Numbered from the stretch's first letter, positions 20,258-30,635 are shown. The stretch: DNA of 32,000 bases from Wigglesworthia glossinidia endosymbiont of Glossina brevipalpis (GCA_000008885.1 BA000021.3:300001-332000), one strand, 5' to 3'. Notes: generated by a model from the sequence alone, not told the origin. Program-made: numbers and translations.

Positions 20258-20974
20258 ATGTATTTTTACAGATTAATAAAACCATTTAAAGCAATAACAT
20301 TTGATCTAGATGATACTCTTTATGATAATAAACCAGTAATAGATCTTGCTGAAAAAAATTTAGTAAAATTTTTAATACAATCTCATCCAAACTTAAAAAA
20401 TTTTAATCATAAGTATTATAAATTTTGTAAAAGTAAATTATTATTGAATAATCCTTGTATTTATTATGATATCAACTTTTGGAGAAAATTATCAATTAAA
20501 TTATCATTAAGAATTTTTAAAATAAACTCTATTGAAACGAATATTATTGCAAAAAAAGCCATGAAAATAGCAAATTTTTGGAGAAATAAAGTTTTTATAT
20601 CAGAAAATACACATAGAATTCTAAACAAACTTAGCAAAAAATTTCCATTAATAGCAATTACAAATGGAGATTTAGACATAAATAAATGTAATTTAAATAA
20701 ATATTTTTTAAAAATTTTCAGATCTGGAAAAGATGGATACCCAAAACCTTTTTCTGACATGTATGATTTATCAGCAAAAAAATTAAAATTATCTCCACAT
20801 CATATTTTACATGTAGGAGATAGTTTAGAAACTGATGTATTTGGTTCCATAAGATATGGAATGCAATCCTGTTGGGTTAATTTTAAAAAAAAAAAAATAA
20901 TATCTGATTTAAGCGCAAAAACACTTCCTCATTTTGAAATTTCTGATTTAAAATATCTTATGAATTTTATATAA
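20258..20974 (+). CDS. yigB: HAD-family phosphatase YigB (5-amino-6-(5-phospho-D-ribitylamino)uracil phosphatase)
   Basis: 238 aa, the same length as E. coli YigB. MYFYRLIKPFKAITFDLDDTLYDN, PLIAITNG, KPFSDMY, ILHVGDSL.TDV.G and LPHFEIS.L are collinear with E. coli. It sits between dapF and uvrD as in E. coli. Confidence 0.85.
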   Translation: MYFYRLIKPFKAITFDLDDTLYDNKPVIDLAEKNLVKFLIQSHPNLKNFNHKYYKFCKSKLLLNNPCIYYDINFWRKLSIKLSLRIFKINSIETNIIAKKAMKIANFWRNKVFISENTHRILNKLSKKFPLIAITNGDLDINKCNLNKYFLKIFRSGKDGYPKPFSDMYDLSAKKLKLSPHHILHVGDSLETDVFGSIRYGMQSCWVNFKKKKIISDLSAKTLPHFEISDLKYLMNFI

Positions 20975-21004
20975 AAATAGATATCATTTTTCTACAAAAT
21001 AGAT

Positions 21005-23164
21005 ATGAAAAATAATTTTTTAACTAAAAATTTAAACGATAAACAAAAAGAAATAATCACTTCTTCTTACAAGAATATATTAGTGCTAGCAGGAGCTGGA
21101 AGTGGAAAAACAAAAGTTTTAACAAATAAAATAGCATGGTTGATTGACGTTAAAAAATATCATTCTAGTTCAATTATGGCAGTAACCTTTACAAACAAAG
21201 GAGCAAAAGAAATAATAAATAGAATGAAATTTTTAATAAAAAATTTAAAAGATATATGGATAGGTACATTTCATGGGTTATCATATAAATTATTATGTAT
21301 GCATTATACAGAATCTAAATTATTTAAAAATTTTCAAATAATAGATTCAGAAGATCAATTAAAATTGATACATCAAATTAATTTATCAATGAAATTAAAT
21401 TTTAATAATAAGTCTTATCACAATATACTTGAGTATATAAGAAATTATAAAGATAAAGGAATCAGACCTTCATTTTGTGAAATAAATATAAATAATAAAA
21501 AAAATATTTTGTACAATAAAATATACAAAGAATATCAAACAACATGCGATAAATTAGGATTATTAGATTTTTCAGAATTATTATTAAGAATAAATGAATT
21601 ATTTATTAATAATAAAAGTATATCTAAATTTTATAAAAAAAAATTTAAATATATATTGGTAGACGAATTTCAAGATACTAATGATATCCAATATTCTTGG
21701 ATAAAAAATTTTTCATCTAAAGAATGCTTTATAATGATAGTTGGAGATGATGATCAATCTATATATGGATGGCGTGGAGCTAAATCAGAAAATATGAAAA
21801 ATTTTATAAATGATTTTTCTAGAACAAAAATAATAAAGTTACAACAAAATTATCGCTCTACTAACAATATATTACAAGCAGCTAATTCTTTAATTATGAA
21901 TAATAATTTAAGAATAGGGAAAAAATTATGGACTGAAAAAAAATCTGGAGATCTTATTACTATATATCAAGCATATAATGAAAAAGATGAATCTAATTTT
22001 ATAATAAAATATATATTAAATAATCAAAAAAAATTAAATAACAAAAAAAAAGAATATGCAATTCTTTATCGTAAGAATTCTCAATCCAGATCTTTAGAAG
22101 AAAATTTATTGAAAAATAATTTAAAATATGATATTTATGGAGGTTTAAAATTTTTTTCTCGTCAAGAAATAAAAAATACATTAGCTTATTTTAGATTAAT
22201 AGTTAATAAAAAAGATGATCTTTCATATGAAAGAATAATAAATTTTCCAAAACGGAAAATAGGAGAAAAAACATTAAAAAAAATTAAAAATATTTCTAAA
22301 AATAAAAAATTATCCCTTTGGGAATCAACTAATTTTTTTATAAAAAATAATTTAAATGATGCAAAATCATTTTCTTTAAAAAACTTTTTTTATTTAATTG
22401 ACTATTTAAAAGAAAATATAAAAAATTTATCGTTGCATGAAAAATTTAATTTTGTAATAAAAAAATCTGGTTTATTAAATTTTTATGAAAAAGAAAAAAA
22501 AAATATAAATAACTCTAGGATAGATAACTGGCAAGAATTAGTAAATTCTGCAAAACAATTTTTCATAGAAAATAATAAAGAAAAAAATATTCTTGAAAAA
22601 TTTTTAGCATTTTCTACATTAGAATCAGAAAGATATACATCTTATGACGATGAAAATTATAAAATAAAATTAATGACATTACATTCTTCTAAAGGTTTAG
22701 AATTTCCTATAGTTTTCATAATTGGAATGGAAGAAGGATTATTTCCTAATATAATATATAGTAATAACAAAGAGAAATTAGAAGAAGAAAGAAGATTAGC
22801 GTATGTAGGTATGACTAGAGCTATGAAAAAATTAGTCATTACTTATGTAAAGTATAGAAATATTTATGGGAAAATAATAAAACGTGAACCATCTAGGTTT
22901 ATAGAAGAAATTCCATCTCATTATAAAAAAATAATTTATGAAAATAAAACTAATACAAGTAAAAATGAAATAAAAAAAGATAATTATTATTATACAACTA
23001 ACAACACAAAAAATAATTACGAAATAGGAAAAAAAGTTTTTCATCCAAAATTTGGATTCGGATTAATAATACATATAGAAAAAAATAAAATATTAGAGAT
23101 AAAATTTAAAAAAATAGGAATAAAAAAATTAGTTGCAAAATATGCAAGGCTTGAATTATGTTAA
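21005..23164 (+). CDS. uvrD: DNA helicase II UvrD
   Basis: 719 aa (E. coli 720 aa). Conserved blocks: LNDKQKE, VLAGAGSGKTKVL, IMAVTFTNKGAKE, ILVDEFQDTN, MIVGDDDQSIYGWRGA, QNYRST, MTLHSSKGLEFP.VFI.GMEEG.FP and EEERRLAYVGMTRAM. The C-terminus GIKKLVAKYARLE is UvrD-like rather than Rep-like. Confidence 0.95.
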   Translation: MKNNFLTKNLNDKQKEIITSSYKNILVLAGAGSGKTKVLTNKIAWLIDVKKYHSSSIMAVTFTNKGAKEIINRMKFLIKNLKDIWIGTFHGLSYKLLCMHYTESKLFKNFQIIDSEDQLKLIHQINLSMKLNFNNKSYHNILEYIRNYKDKGIRPSFCEININNKKNILYNKIYKEYQTTCDKLGLLDFSELLLRINELFINNKSISKFYKKKFKYILVDEFQDTNDIQYSWIKNFSSKECFIMIVGDDDQSIYGWRGAKSENMKNFINDFSRTKIIKLQQNYRSTNNILQAANSLIMNNNLRIGKKLWTEKKSGDLITIYQAYNEKDESNFIIKYILNNQKKLNNKKKEYAILYRKNSQSRSLEENLLKNNLKYDIYGGLKFFSRQEIKNTLAYFRLIVNKKDDLSYERIINFPKRKIGEKTLKKIKNISKNKKLSLWESTNFFIKNNLNDAKSFSLKNFFYLIDYLKENIKNLSLHEKFNFVIKKSGLLNFYEKEKKNINNSRIDNWQELVNSAKQFFIENNKEKNILEKFLAFSTLESERYTSYDDENYKIKLMTLHSSKGLEFPIVFIIGMEEGLFPNIIYSNNKEKLEEERRLAYVGMTRAMKKLVITYVKYRNIYGKIIKREPSRFIEEIPSHYKKIIYENKTNTSKNEIKKDNYYYTTNNTKNNYEIGKKVFHPKFGFGLIIHIEKNKILEIKFKKIGIKKLVAKYARLELC

Positions 23165-23296
23165 TAAAACACTAAAAATAATTTTCAGAATGTTTTATTT
23201 TTAAATATAAAATATATAATAATTTTTTTTATAAAAATATATTTTGATGAAAATTTTATTTTGTAAAATTAATTTTGACATTTTTTAAAACATATT

Positions 23297-24244
23297 ATGC
23301 TTAATGCATTTAAATTACATAAAAAAAATTTATTTCGTATTAATATAGATCAATCGTCTTTGATTAAATCGATATGGATTGATATAGTAAATCTTACAGA
23401 AGAAGAACGACGAAGAATTCAAAATGAACTAGGACAAAATTTATCTACTAGTTTAGACTTAGAAGATATTGAAGCTTCAGCTAGATTTTTTGAAGATAAA
23501 GAAGGATTACATATACATTCTTTTTTCTTTTTTGCAGATGCTGAAGACCACGTTGGAAATTCAACTGTAGCTTTTATTATAAAAAATAATATATTATATA
23601 CTTTAAGAGAGAGAGATTTACCTGCATTTCGTTTATATAGAATGCGAGCTAGAAATCAAACATTAAAAGATGGAAATGCATATGAAGTGTTATTAGATTT
23701 GTTCGAAACTAAAATAGAACAATTAGCAGACGAAATAGAAAATATTTATAGTGATTTAGAAACTTTAAGCATAATAATAATGGAAGGTAGAAAATCAAAT
23801 GAATACGATAATGCGCTTTCTACGCTAGCTGAATTGGAAGATGTTGGCTGGAAAGTTAGATTATGTTTAATGGATACTCAAAGAGCCATTAATTTTTTAT
23901 CAAAAAAGAAACATATTCCATATGAACAATTAGATCAAGCAAAAGGAATATTGCATGATATTGATTCTTTATTGCCACATAATGAATCTTTATTTCAAAA
24001 AGTAAATTTTTTAATGCAAGCAGCTATGGGTTTTATAAACATAGAACAAAATAGAATTATAAAAATTTTTTCTGTAGTATCAGTAATATTTCTTCCTCCT
24101 ACACTTGTAGCATCTAGCTATGGAATGAATTTTGACTTCATGCCAGAATTAAAATGGCCATTAGGATATCCTATTGCAATTTTAGAAATGATTTTAGCAG
24201 GATTAGCTCCATATCTATATTTTAGAAGAAAAAAATGGTTATGA
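23297..24244 (+). CDS. corA: Magnesium/cobalt transporter CorA
   Basis: 315 aa with very high similarity to E. coli CorA over the whole length ([25 protein letters not shown], ...[22 protein letters not shown]). The GMN motif is present. Confidence 0.98.
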
Positions 24245-25009
24245 TTTTTTTGTTTTTTCTATAATATCTAAAATATATAAAAATTCTTCTATATTTGTAG
24301 AAGATCTCCCTAATAAAACACCATTAACGTCTTTTTGAGAAATAATTTTTTTTACATTTTTTGAATTTACAGATCCTCCATATTGTAAAATAATTTTTTT
24401 AGAAATATCATTATCATATTTTGATAAATAGTTTCTAATGAATTTATGAATTTTTTGAATATATTTAGGACTAGCAGAGTCTTTCTTTCCTATAGCCCAT
24501 GTAGGTTCATATGCAATAACTGTATTTATAAAACCTTCTATCCCAATTTTTTTCAATATAAAATCAATTTGTTTAACTATTTCATTTTCTATACATTTAT
24601 CATCTTTGTTTTTTTTTGTTTCTCCAATGCATAATACTGGAATTAAATTAAATTTTTTAAGTATTAAGAATTTTTTAGTTACATCTTCAATGCTTTCATT
24701 ATGGTATAATCTTCTTTCAGAATGACCTATAATTACATACTTTACGCCAAATTCATATAACATTATTGGAGAAATTTCTCCAGTAAAAGACCCTGTTAAA
24801 TTAACATCCACGTTTTGTGCAGCTAAAAAAATATTTTTTTTTAAAACATATTTTTTAAATTCACTTAAATATATTACTGGAGGAGCAATAACAACTTTTA
24901 AATTATTTTTGTTTTTCAATTTTTCATTTAATTTAAGCAAAATCTTTTTTACCAACAAACAATTACCATTTAATTTCCAATTTGATAATATCAACGGTTT
25001 CAATTTCAT
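24239..25009 (-). CDS. tpiA: Triosephosphate isomerase
   Basis: 256 aa. [32 protein letters not shown] and QYGGSV are collinear with E. coli TpiA. Its 3' end overlaps the corA 3' end by 6 nt (convergent). Confidence 0.93.
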
Positions 25010-25079
25010 TTTTATAAAATCCTAAATATAATATTTAAAATATTTATTTTTTAATAAAATATATTTTTTTAAAATAAAT

Positions 25080-25829
25080 TTATTTCCAATATAATTCGCT
25101 TGTTATATTACCTACTTTATTTTGATAATTTTTAGTCATTTTAAATTTTTTGTTCAAACAACTATAAGTATCATGTATCATATTTGGATTTCCACATAAC
25201 ATAACATGAGTATCTTTTAAATCAATATATATTTTTAAAGATCTTTCTAAATTTCCATTATTTATTAATTCTGGTATTCTACCAAATAAAGTATTTTTTG
25301 TTTTTTCTCTACTAACTATTAATTGAACAAATAACTTATTTTTATATATTTTTTTTAAATTATAAATTTTTTCAACATAACTTAAATCTTTATAAAATCT
25401 TACAGCATGAATTAATATAATTTTTTCAAATCTGTTTAAATCTTCTCCTTGTTGTAATATTGATAAATATGGACCTATTGCAGTTCCTGTAGCTATCATC
25501 CATAAATTTTTACAATCAGGAATCATTTCTAAAATAAATGATCCAGAAGAATTTTTAGTTATTAAAATTTTCTGACCAGTATTTAATGATTTTAAAACTG
25601 GACTAAATTTACCTAGTTTTGTTTCTACCAAATAAAATTCTAAATTATTATCTTTAGGAGCATTTACATAAGAATATGCGCGTTGTATATATTTTTCATT
25701 TATATTTAATTTTAATTTAGCGAATTGTCCAGCTATAAATGGAGAAATAGGAGCATGAAGTATAATACTAAACAATCTATCAGTCCAATTTTTTACTTTT
25801 ATTATTTTGCCAGGAACCCATTCAGTCAT
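25080..25829 (-). CDS. fpr: Ferredoxin/flavodoxin--NADP+ reductase
   Basis: 249 aa. MTEWVPGKIIKVKNWTDRLFSI, QRAYSYVN, LEFYLV, LWMIATGTAIGPYLSIL, HVMLCGNP.M and a C-terminal ...YW are collinear with E. coli Fpr (248 aa). Confidence 0.93.
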   Translation of the reverse strand: MTEWVPGKIIKVKNWTDRLFSIILHAPISPFIAGQFAKLKLNINEKYIQRAYSYVNAPKDNNLEFYLVETKLGKFSPVLKSLNTGQKILITKNSSGSFILEMIPDCKNLWMIATGTAIGPYLSILQQGEDLNRFEKIILIHAVRFYKDLSYVEKIYNLKKIYKNKLFVQLIVSREKTKNTLFGRIPELINNGNLERSLKIYIDLKDTHVMLCGNPNMIHDTYSCLNKKFKMTKNYQNKVGNITSELYWK

Positions 25830-26029
25830 ATTAAACCCTTGTATTAAATATATTTTTTTTTATATTATAAATTATAACAAATAAATTATAAACTTATAAA
25901 TATGTATTTTATTAACGAAAAGATTGAAAAAATATATATATAATTTTGCAATTTTTTAAAAAATAAATAACATTGAATTTTAATTTATATATTTACATAA
26001 TAATATAAAATATTTTCTGATTAAATTTT

Positions 26030-27196
26030 ATGAACAAAATAAAAAATATACATATATTAATTTTATTAATATTTCTAATTTCTATAGGACAAATGTCACA
26101 AACTATATATGTTCCTAGCATTTTTAACATAGCAAAAGAATTAAAAGTCAACATGGAAGAAGTTCAAAAATTAATGTCTGGATATTTGTTATGTTATGGA
26201 ATATCTCAACTAATATATGGACCTATTTCTGATAAAGTCGGAAGAAAGCCTGTTATTTTAGTTGGAATGATGATTTTTATATTAAGTACTTTTTTAATTT
26301 TATTCGCAAATTCTTTAGAATTAATGATAATACTTTTTAGTATACAAGGATTAGGAACAGGAGTTGGCGGAGTTATGGCTCGTACATTGCCTAGAGATAT
26401 TTTTTTAAATTATGAAAATTTAAAAAAAGCAAATGGTTTTTTAAACATGGGAATTTTAGTTAGCCCATTAATAGCTCCTTTAATAGGAGGAATAATTTCT
26501 AATTTATTTGAATGGAGGATGTGTTTTGTATTTTTATTAATAATAGGAATTTTAATAAGTACAACAATTTTTATATTTCTTCCTGAAACTTGTACAAAAA
26601 AACAAATTAAAAATAGTATTTTTGGATATAAAATTTTAATTTATAAAAAAAAATTTAATTATTATTTATTAATTCTTACAAGTGGATTATCTGGAATAGT
26701 TGTATTTGAATCAAATAGCGGAGTATTGTTAAGTGAAATGGGTTTTTCTAATATAGAAGTTAGTATATTATTTATTTTACCTATACCTAGTATATTTTTT
26801 GGATCATGGTATATTGGTTTTTCAAAAAAATCTTTTAATTATTTGATGTGGAAATCAGTAATACTTTGTTTATTGTCTGGGTTTTTTATGTGGTTGCCTG
26901 GATGGTTTAAAATAATGAAAATATGGACAATTTTAATTCCTGCAAGTTTATTTTTTTTTAGCGCAGGAATGTTATTTCCTTTAGCTACAACTGGAGCTAT
27001 GATTCCTTGCAAAGGATCAGCAGGAACAGCTGGTGCATTATTAGGAGGAATACAAAATATTGGGTCTAGCTTTATTGCTTTTATTTCTACATTTCTTCCT
27101 AAAAATGGTCAATTTAGTATAGGAATGATTACTTTCATTATTGGAGTTATAATTTTTTTATGTTGGTGGAAATTATCTAGATTAGAAAAAATTTAA
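26030..27196 (+). CDS. emrD: MFS multidrug efflux transporter EmrD-like
   Basis: 388 aa and polytopic. GQMSQTIYVPSI, YGPISDKVGRKPVILVGM, QGLGTGVGGVMARTLPRD, LNMGILVSPLIAPLIGG, SILFILPIP and GMLFPLATTGAM are collinear with E. coli EmrD as I recall it. Confidence 0.85.
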   Translation: MNKIKNIHILILLIFLISIGQMSQTIYVPSIFNIAKELKVNMEEVQKLMSGYLLCYGISQLIYGPISDKVGRKPVILVGMMIFILSTFLILFANSLELMIILFSIQGLGTGVGGVMARTLPRDIFLNYENLKKANGFLNMGILVSPLIAPLIGGIISNLFEWRMCFVFLLIIGILISTTIFIFLPETCTKKQIKNSIFGYKILIYKKKFNYYLLILTSGLSGIVVFESNSGVLLSEMGFSNIEVSILFILPIPSIFFGSWYIGFSKKSFNYLMWKSVILCLLSGFFMWLPGWFKIMKIWTILIPASLFFFSAGMLFPLATTGAMIPCKGSAGTAGALLGGIQNIGSSFIAFISTFLPKNGQFSIGMITFIIGVIIFLCWWKLSRLEKI

Positions 27197-27224
27197 AATG
27201 TTAAATTAATAAAAATATAATTTT

Positions 27225-28556
27225 TTATAAAATAAATCTACTTAAATCTTCGTCTGATACAAGCTTGTCTAAATGATTGCTTACATAATCAGCATCTATA
27301 TTAATTTTTTTTCCATTCCATTCACTTGCATTATATGATACTTCTTCCATTAATCTCTCTAAAATAGTATGTAATCTTCTTGCTCCAATGTTTTCTGTAG
27401 AATCATTTACTTGACATGCAGCTTCTGCAATTTTTTTAATTCCTTCTTGAGTAAAAGATATGATTACTCCTTCTGTAGCCATTAATGCGCTGTATTGCTT
27501 TGTAAGAGAAGCACTGGGTTCAGTTAAAATTTTTTCAAAATCTTCAATAGTTAAAGCTGATAGCTCTACTCTTATAGGAAGTCTACCTTGTAATTCTGGA
27601 ATTAAATCTGAAGGATTGGCAACTTGAAACGCTCCAGATGCGATAAATAAAATATGATCTGTTTTAACCATTCCGTGTTTAGTTGATACAGTGCAACCTT
27701 CAACTAAAGGCAAAAGATCTCTTTGTACTCCTTCTCTTGATACATCAGGTCCTGAAATTTCACCTCTTTTGCAAATCTTATCTATTTCGTCTATAAAAAC
27801 AATACCATTTTGTTCTACAGCTTCGACTGCTTTTTCTTTTATTTCTTCTAAATTTATTAGTTTGGCCGATTCTTCTTCAATTAATAATCTCATTGCTTCT
27901 TTTATTTTTATTTTCCTTGGTTTTTGTTTTTGTCCTGCTAAATTTTTAAACATAGATTGCAATTGACTTGTCATCTCTTCCATCCCTGGAGGAGCCATTA
28001 TTTCAACACCTATTGGGGTAGATGCTAAATTTATTTCTATTTCTTTATCGTCTAGTTCTTTAGTTTTTAGTTTTTTTCTAAAATTTTGACGTGTTTTAGA
28101 AGGCTCTTTTTTGTTTTCAGAGTTTCCCCAATCATTCTTTACAGAAGGTATTAATACATCTAGAACTCTTTCTTCTGCAAGCTCTTCTGCTCTAAATCTA
28201 TTTTTTTCAATAGATTGTAATCTAATCATTTTTACAGATGCATCTGTAAGATCTCTAATTATAGAATCTACTTCTTTACCTACATATCCAACTTCTGTAA
28301 ATTTTGTTGCTTCTACCTTAATAAAAGGAGCTTTAGCGAGTTTTGCCAATCTACGGGCTATTTCAGTTTTACCAACTCCTGTTGGGCCTATCATTAAAAT
28401 ATTTTTTGGAGTAACTTCATGACGTAATGAATCATCTAATTTCATTCGTCTCCAGCGATTACGTAAAGCTATAGCTACAGCTTTTTTTGCATCGTGTTGG
28501 CCGATTATATGGCTATCCAATTCTTTAACAATATTTTTTGGAGTCATGTTAGACAT
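27225..28556 (-). CDS. hslU: ATP-dependent protease ATPase subunit HslU
   Basis: Near-identical to E. coli HslU. I place the start at ATG 28556 ([14 protein letters not shown]; E. coli MSEMTPREIVSELD). This gives 443 aa, the E. coli length, and lies 1 nt after the hslV stop. The ORF-track start at 28580 adds 8 non-homologous residues overlapping hslV. Confidence 0.97.
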   Translation of the reverse strand: MSNMTPKNIVKELDSHIIGQHDAKKAVAIALRNRWRRMKLDDSLRHEVTPKNILMIGPTGVGKTEIARRLAKLAKAPFIKVEATKFTEVGYVGKEVDSIIRDLTDASVKMIRLQSIEKNRFRAEELAEERVLDVLIPSVKNDWGNSENKKEPSKTRQNFRKKLKTKELDDKEIEINLASTPIGVEIMAPPGMEEMTSQLQSMFKNLAGQKQKPRKIKIKEAMRLLIEEESAKLINLEEIKEKAVEAVEQNGIVFIDEIDKICKRGEISGPDVSREGVQRDLLPLVEGCTVSTKHGMVKTDHILFIASGAFQVANPSDLIPELQGRLPIRVELSALTIEDFEKILTEPSASLTKQYSALMATEGVIISFTQEGIKKIAEAACQVNDSTENIGARRLHTILERLMEEVSYNASEWNGKKINIDADYVSNHLDKLVSDEDLSRFIL

Positions 28557-28557
28557 A

Positions 28558-29100
28558 TTATATGATGTCCTTATTTTCATGTATAAGTTCTTCGAAAGAA
28601 AAAAAGTGATTACTGTATAAACAAATATCCCCTGATATTTGTAGAGATTTTCTTACTATATCTCGTGCGCATAAATCAGTATTTTCCAACAAAGCGCGAG
28701 CTGCTGATTGAGCATAAGGACCTCCAGATCCTATAGCTATTACATCGCTTTCTGGTTGAATTACATCTGCATTACCAGTAATTATCAAAGAAGTATTTTT
28801 ATCTGCTACCGCTAATAAAGCTTCTAACCTTCTTAACATACGATCTGTACGCCAATCTTTAGCTAATTCAACAGCTGATTTAACAAAACGTCCTTGATGA
28901 ATTTGTAGTTTTTTTTCAAATAGCTCAAACAAAGTAAATGCGTCTGCAGTTCCTCCAGCGAATCCAGCAATAACTGTATCATTATATAATGTTCTAACTT
29001 TCTTTACATTATTCTTCATGATAGTATTACCCAAAGTAGCTTGTCCATCACCTCCAATAACAATATGACCATTGCGACGTACACTTACAATTGTTGTCAT
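28558..29100 (-). CDS. hslV: ATP-dependent protease subunit HslV
   Basis: 180 aa. [56 protein letters not shown] is almost identical to E. coli HslV, including the catalytic Thr2. Confidence 0.97.
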   Translation of the reverse strand: MTTIVSVRRNGHIVIGGDGQATLGNTIMKNNVKKVRTLYNDTVIAGFAGGTADAFTLFELFEKKLQIHQGRFVKSAVELAKDWRTDRMLRRLEALLAVADKNTSLIITGNADVIQPESDVIAIGSGGPYAQSAARALLENTDLCARDIVRKSLQISGDICLYSNHFFSFEELIHENKDII

Positions 29101-29459
29101 AAAATAAGACCTCTTTAAAATACTTATTGTATATAAATAAAATTTATTTTAAAGAATATATTTATTTTTTAAATATATATATTTTTTAAATTAATAAAAA
29201 TTTAAAATAAAACGTCCTTATTTTATTAAAAAAAACTTATATTGTCTAATATAATTATATAATTTTTATATCATATTATAATTGAAATATACTAAATGAA
29301 TTATATAGTTAAACAAACTAATTGTACTTTAATTTAAAAAAAAAATCTATAGTCATATTAATATGTATATTTTATAAATATCTAATTAATATTATTAATT
29401 TTATATTTTTATAAAAATTTATTTTATTCACATTAATAATTTATATTATAAGTAAAACA

Positions 29460-29726
29460 TCATAAGTTCTCTAATTCTTTTGCATAATGCCAACGAATTA
29501 TAGGTTTTGGTGGAGGATCTTTTGACATGTACTTTTCAAGCACAATAATATCTGTGGTATTTTTAAAAAAATTTATTTTAAAATGAATTATATAAATTAT
29601 TAATAATATTAATATAATTAAAAATTTTGAAAAAATTGAATTTTTAGAAAAGAATATATAAAAAATATTTTTTTTCTTTTTACTATTTTTTAATACTTTT
29701 CTGCAATAAACGTAATCTTTTTTCAA
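29460..29726 (-). CDS. ftsN: Minimal cell-division protein FtsN (N-terminal tail, TM helix and essential domain only; no SPOR domain)
   Basis: 88 aa. MKKDYV matches E. coli MAQRDYV. A basic stretch and one hydrophobic TM segment (FLIILILLIIYIIHF) follow. Then PPPKPIIRWHYAKELENL* matches E. coli LPPKPEERWRYIKELESRQ. Its position immediately upstream of hslV matches the E. coli order ftsN-hslV-hslU. Confidence 0.65.
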   Translation of the reverse strand: MKKDYVYCRKVLKNSKKKKNIFYIFFSKNSIFSKFLIILILLIIYIIHFKINFFKNTTDIIVLEKYMSKDPPPKPIIRWHYAKELENL

Positions 29727-30083
29727 CGATATTTGATGTGACTTAAATTTAATTTTTAATTTTAAAATTATTTTATTATTTTTTTTTTTATTTTAATTAA
29801 AAATTAAGTATATAATTTATTATTATTTTTTCAAATTTATAATTTTAATTATAAAAAATAAAAATATTTATGATTGTAATTAAATACCAAATTTTTTATA
29901 AACCAAATAAAATTTATTAATAAAAATTTTTTATTTATAAACGAATTATTTTTTAAATTAAATATAAATTTATTTTTAACAAATTTTAAATTTTATTAAA
30001 TTATTAAAATTGTTTTATTTATTAATTTTTTATTTAAATTTATTTTTATCAATTTAATAAAAATTTTATTTTTAAACTTTTAT

Positions 30084-30112
30084 TTGCATATATAAAAAAT
30101 GTTTTGTATATT
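30084..30112 (+). promoter_or_regulatory. Candidate sigma-70 promoter for rpmE
   Basis: TTGCAT (30084-30089), a 17-nt spacer, then TATATT (30107-30112), 45 nt upstream of the rpmE ATG. -10-like hexamers are abundant in DNA this AT-rich, so support is weak. Confidence 0.25.
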
Positions 30113-30157
30113 AAAATTATTATTATATTTTAAATATATGAAATAATATAAAATAAT

Positions 30158-30373
30158 ATGAAAAAAAAAATTCATCCTATGTCTTTAGATATACTAGCTA
30201 CATGTTCTTGTGGAAACTCTTTGAAAATAAAATCTACAATAAAAAAGGATATATTGTTAGATGTATGTAATAAATGTCATCCATTTTATACTGGAACTCA
30301 AAAAAAATTGAATATAGGAGGAAGAGTTAGTAAGTTTAAAAAAAGATTTGATAATATAGTGTATAAAAAATAA
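30158..30373 (+). CDS. rpmE: 50S ribosomal protein L31 (Zn-binding type)
   Basis: 71 aa. MKKKIHP...CSCGN..KI.ST...[14 protein letters not shown]......GGRV..F.KRF matches E. coli L31. All four Cys are retained. Confidence 0.95.
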   Translation: MKKKIHPMSLDILATCSCGNSLKIKSTIKKDILLDVCNKCHPFYTGTQKKLNIGGRVSKFKKRFDNIVYKK

Positions 30374-30452
30374 GTTTGTTTTTAATAAATATAATTAATT
30401 AAATACATAATATATATAAATTTTAAATTTATAGATTAATATATTATAAAAA

Positions 30453-30498
30453 TAAAATTTTAATTAATATTTTTACAAAAATATTAATTAAAATTTTA
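30453..30498. repeat. 46-nt A/T-only palindrome (22-bp perfect arms, 2-nt centre) between rpmE and yadG
   Basis: taaaattttaattaatattttt (30453-30474), centre ac, then aaaaatattaattaaaatttta (30477-30498). The arms are exact reverse complements, checked base by base. Confidence 0.85.
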
Positions 30499-30635
30499 AT
30501 ATATGTTAATTTAAAACAAAGTTATTTATAATAAAAAATTATAAAAAATATATTTTTATTATGTATGAATTTTATCTTATAGATTATATAAAAAATTAGT
30601 TTTATTATTTTTCTGCACAAAAGGAAATTTTATTA

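Noticed and set aside
24239-24244. 6-nt convergent overlap of the corA and tpiA 3' ends (TGG TTA TGA / TAA on the opposite strand)
   Set aside because: This is a trivial consequence of genome compaction, with no indication of antisense regulation.
28557-28580. ORF-track start of hslU at 28580 (MKIRTSYN...)
   Set aside because: The first 8 residues have no counterpart in HslU and would overlap hslV. The ATG at 28556 reproduces the E. coli N-terminus and exact length, so the upstream extension is treated as an artefact of longest-ORF calling.
29101-29459. Search for a sigma-32 promoter upstream of hslVU, and for SPOR-domain remnants downstream of the short ftsN
   Set aside because: I found no CTTGAA...CCCCAT-like motif or recognisable protein remnant by eye. 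The region is low-complexity A/T, so nothing is claimed.
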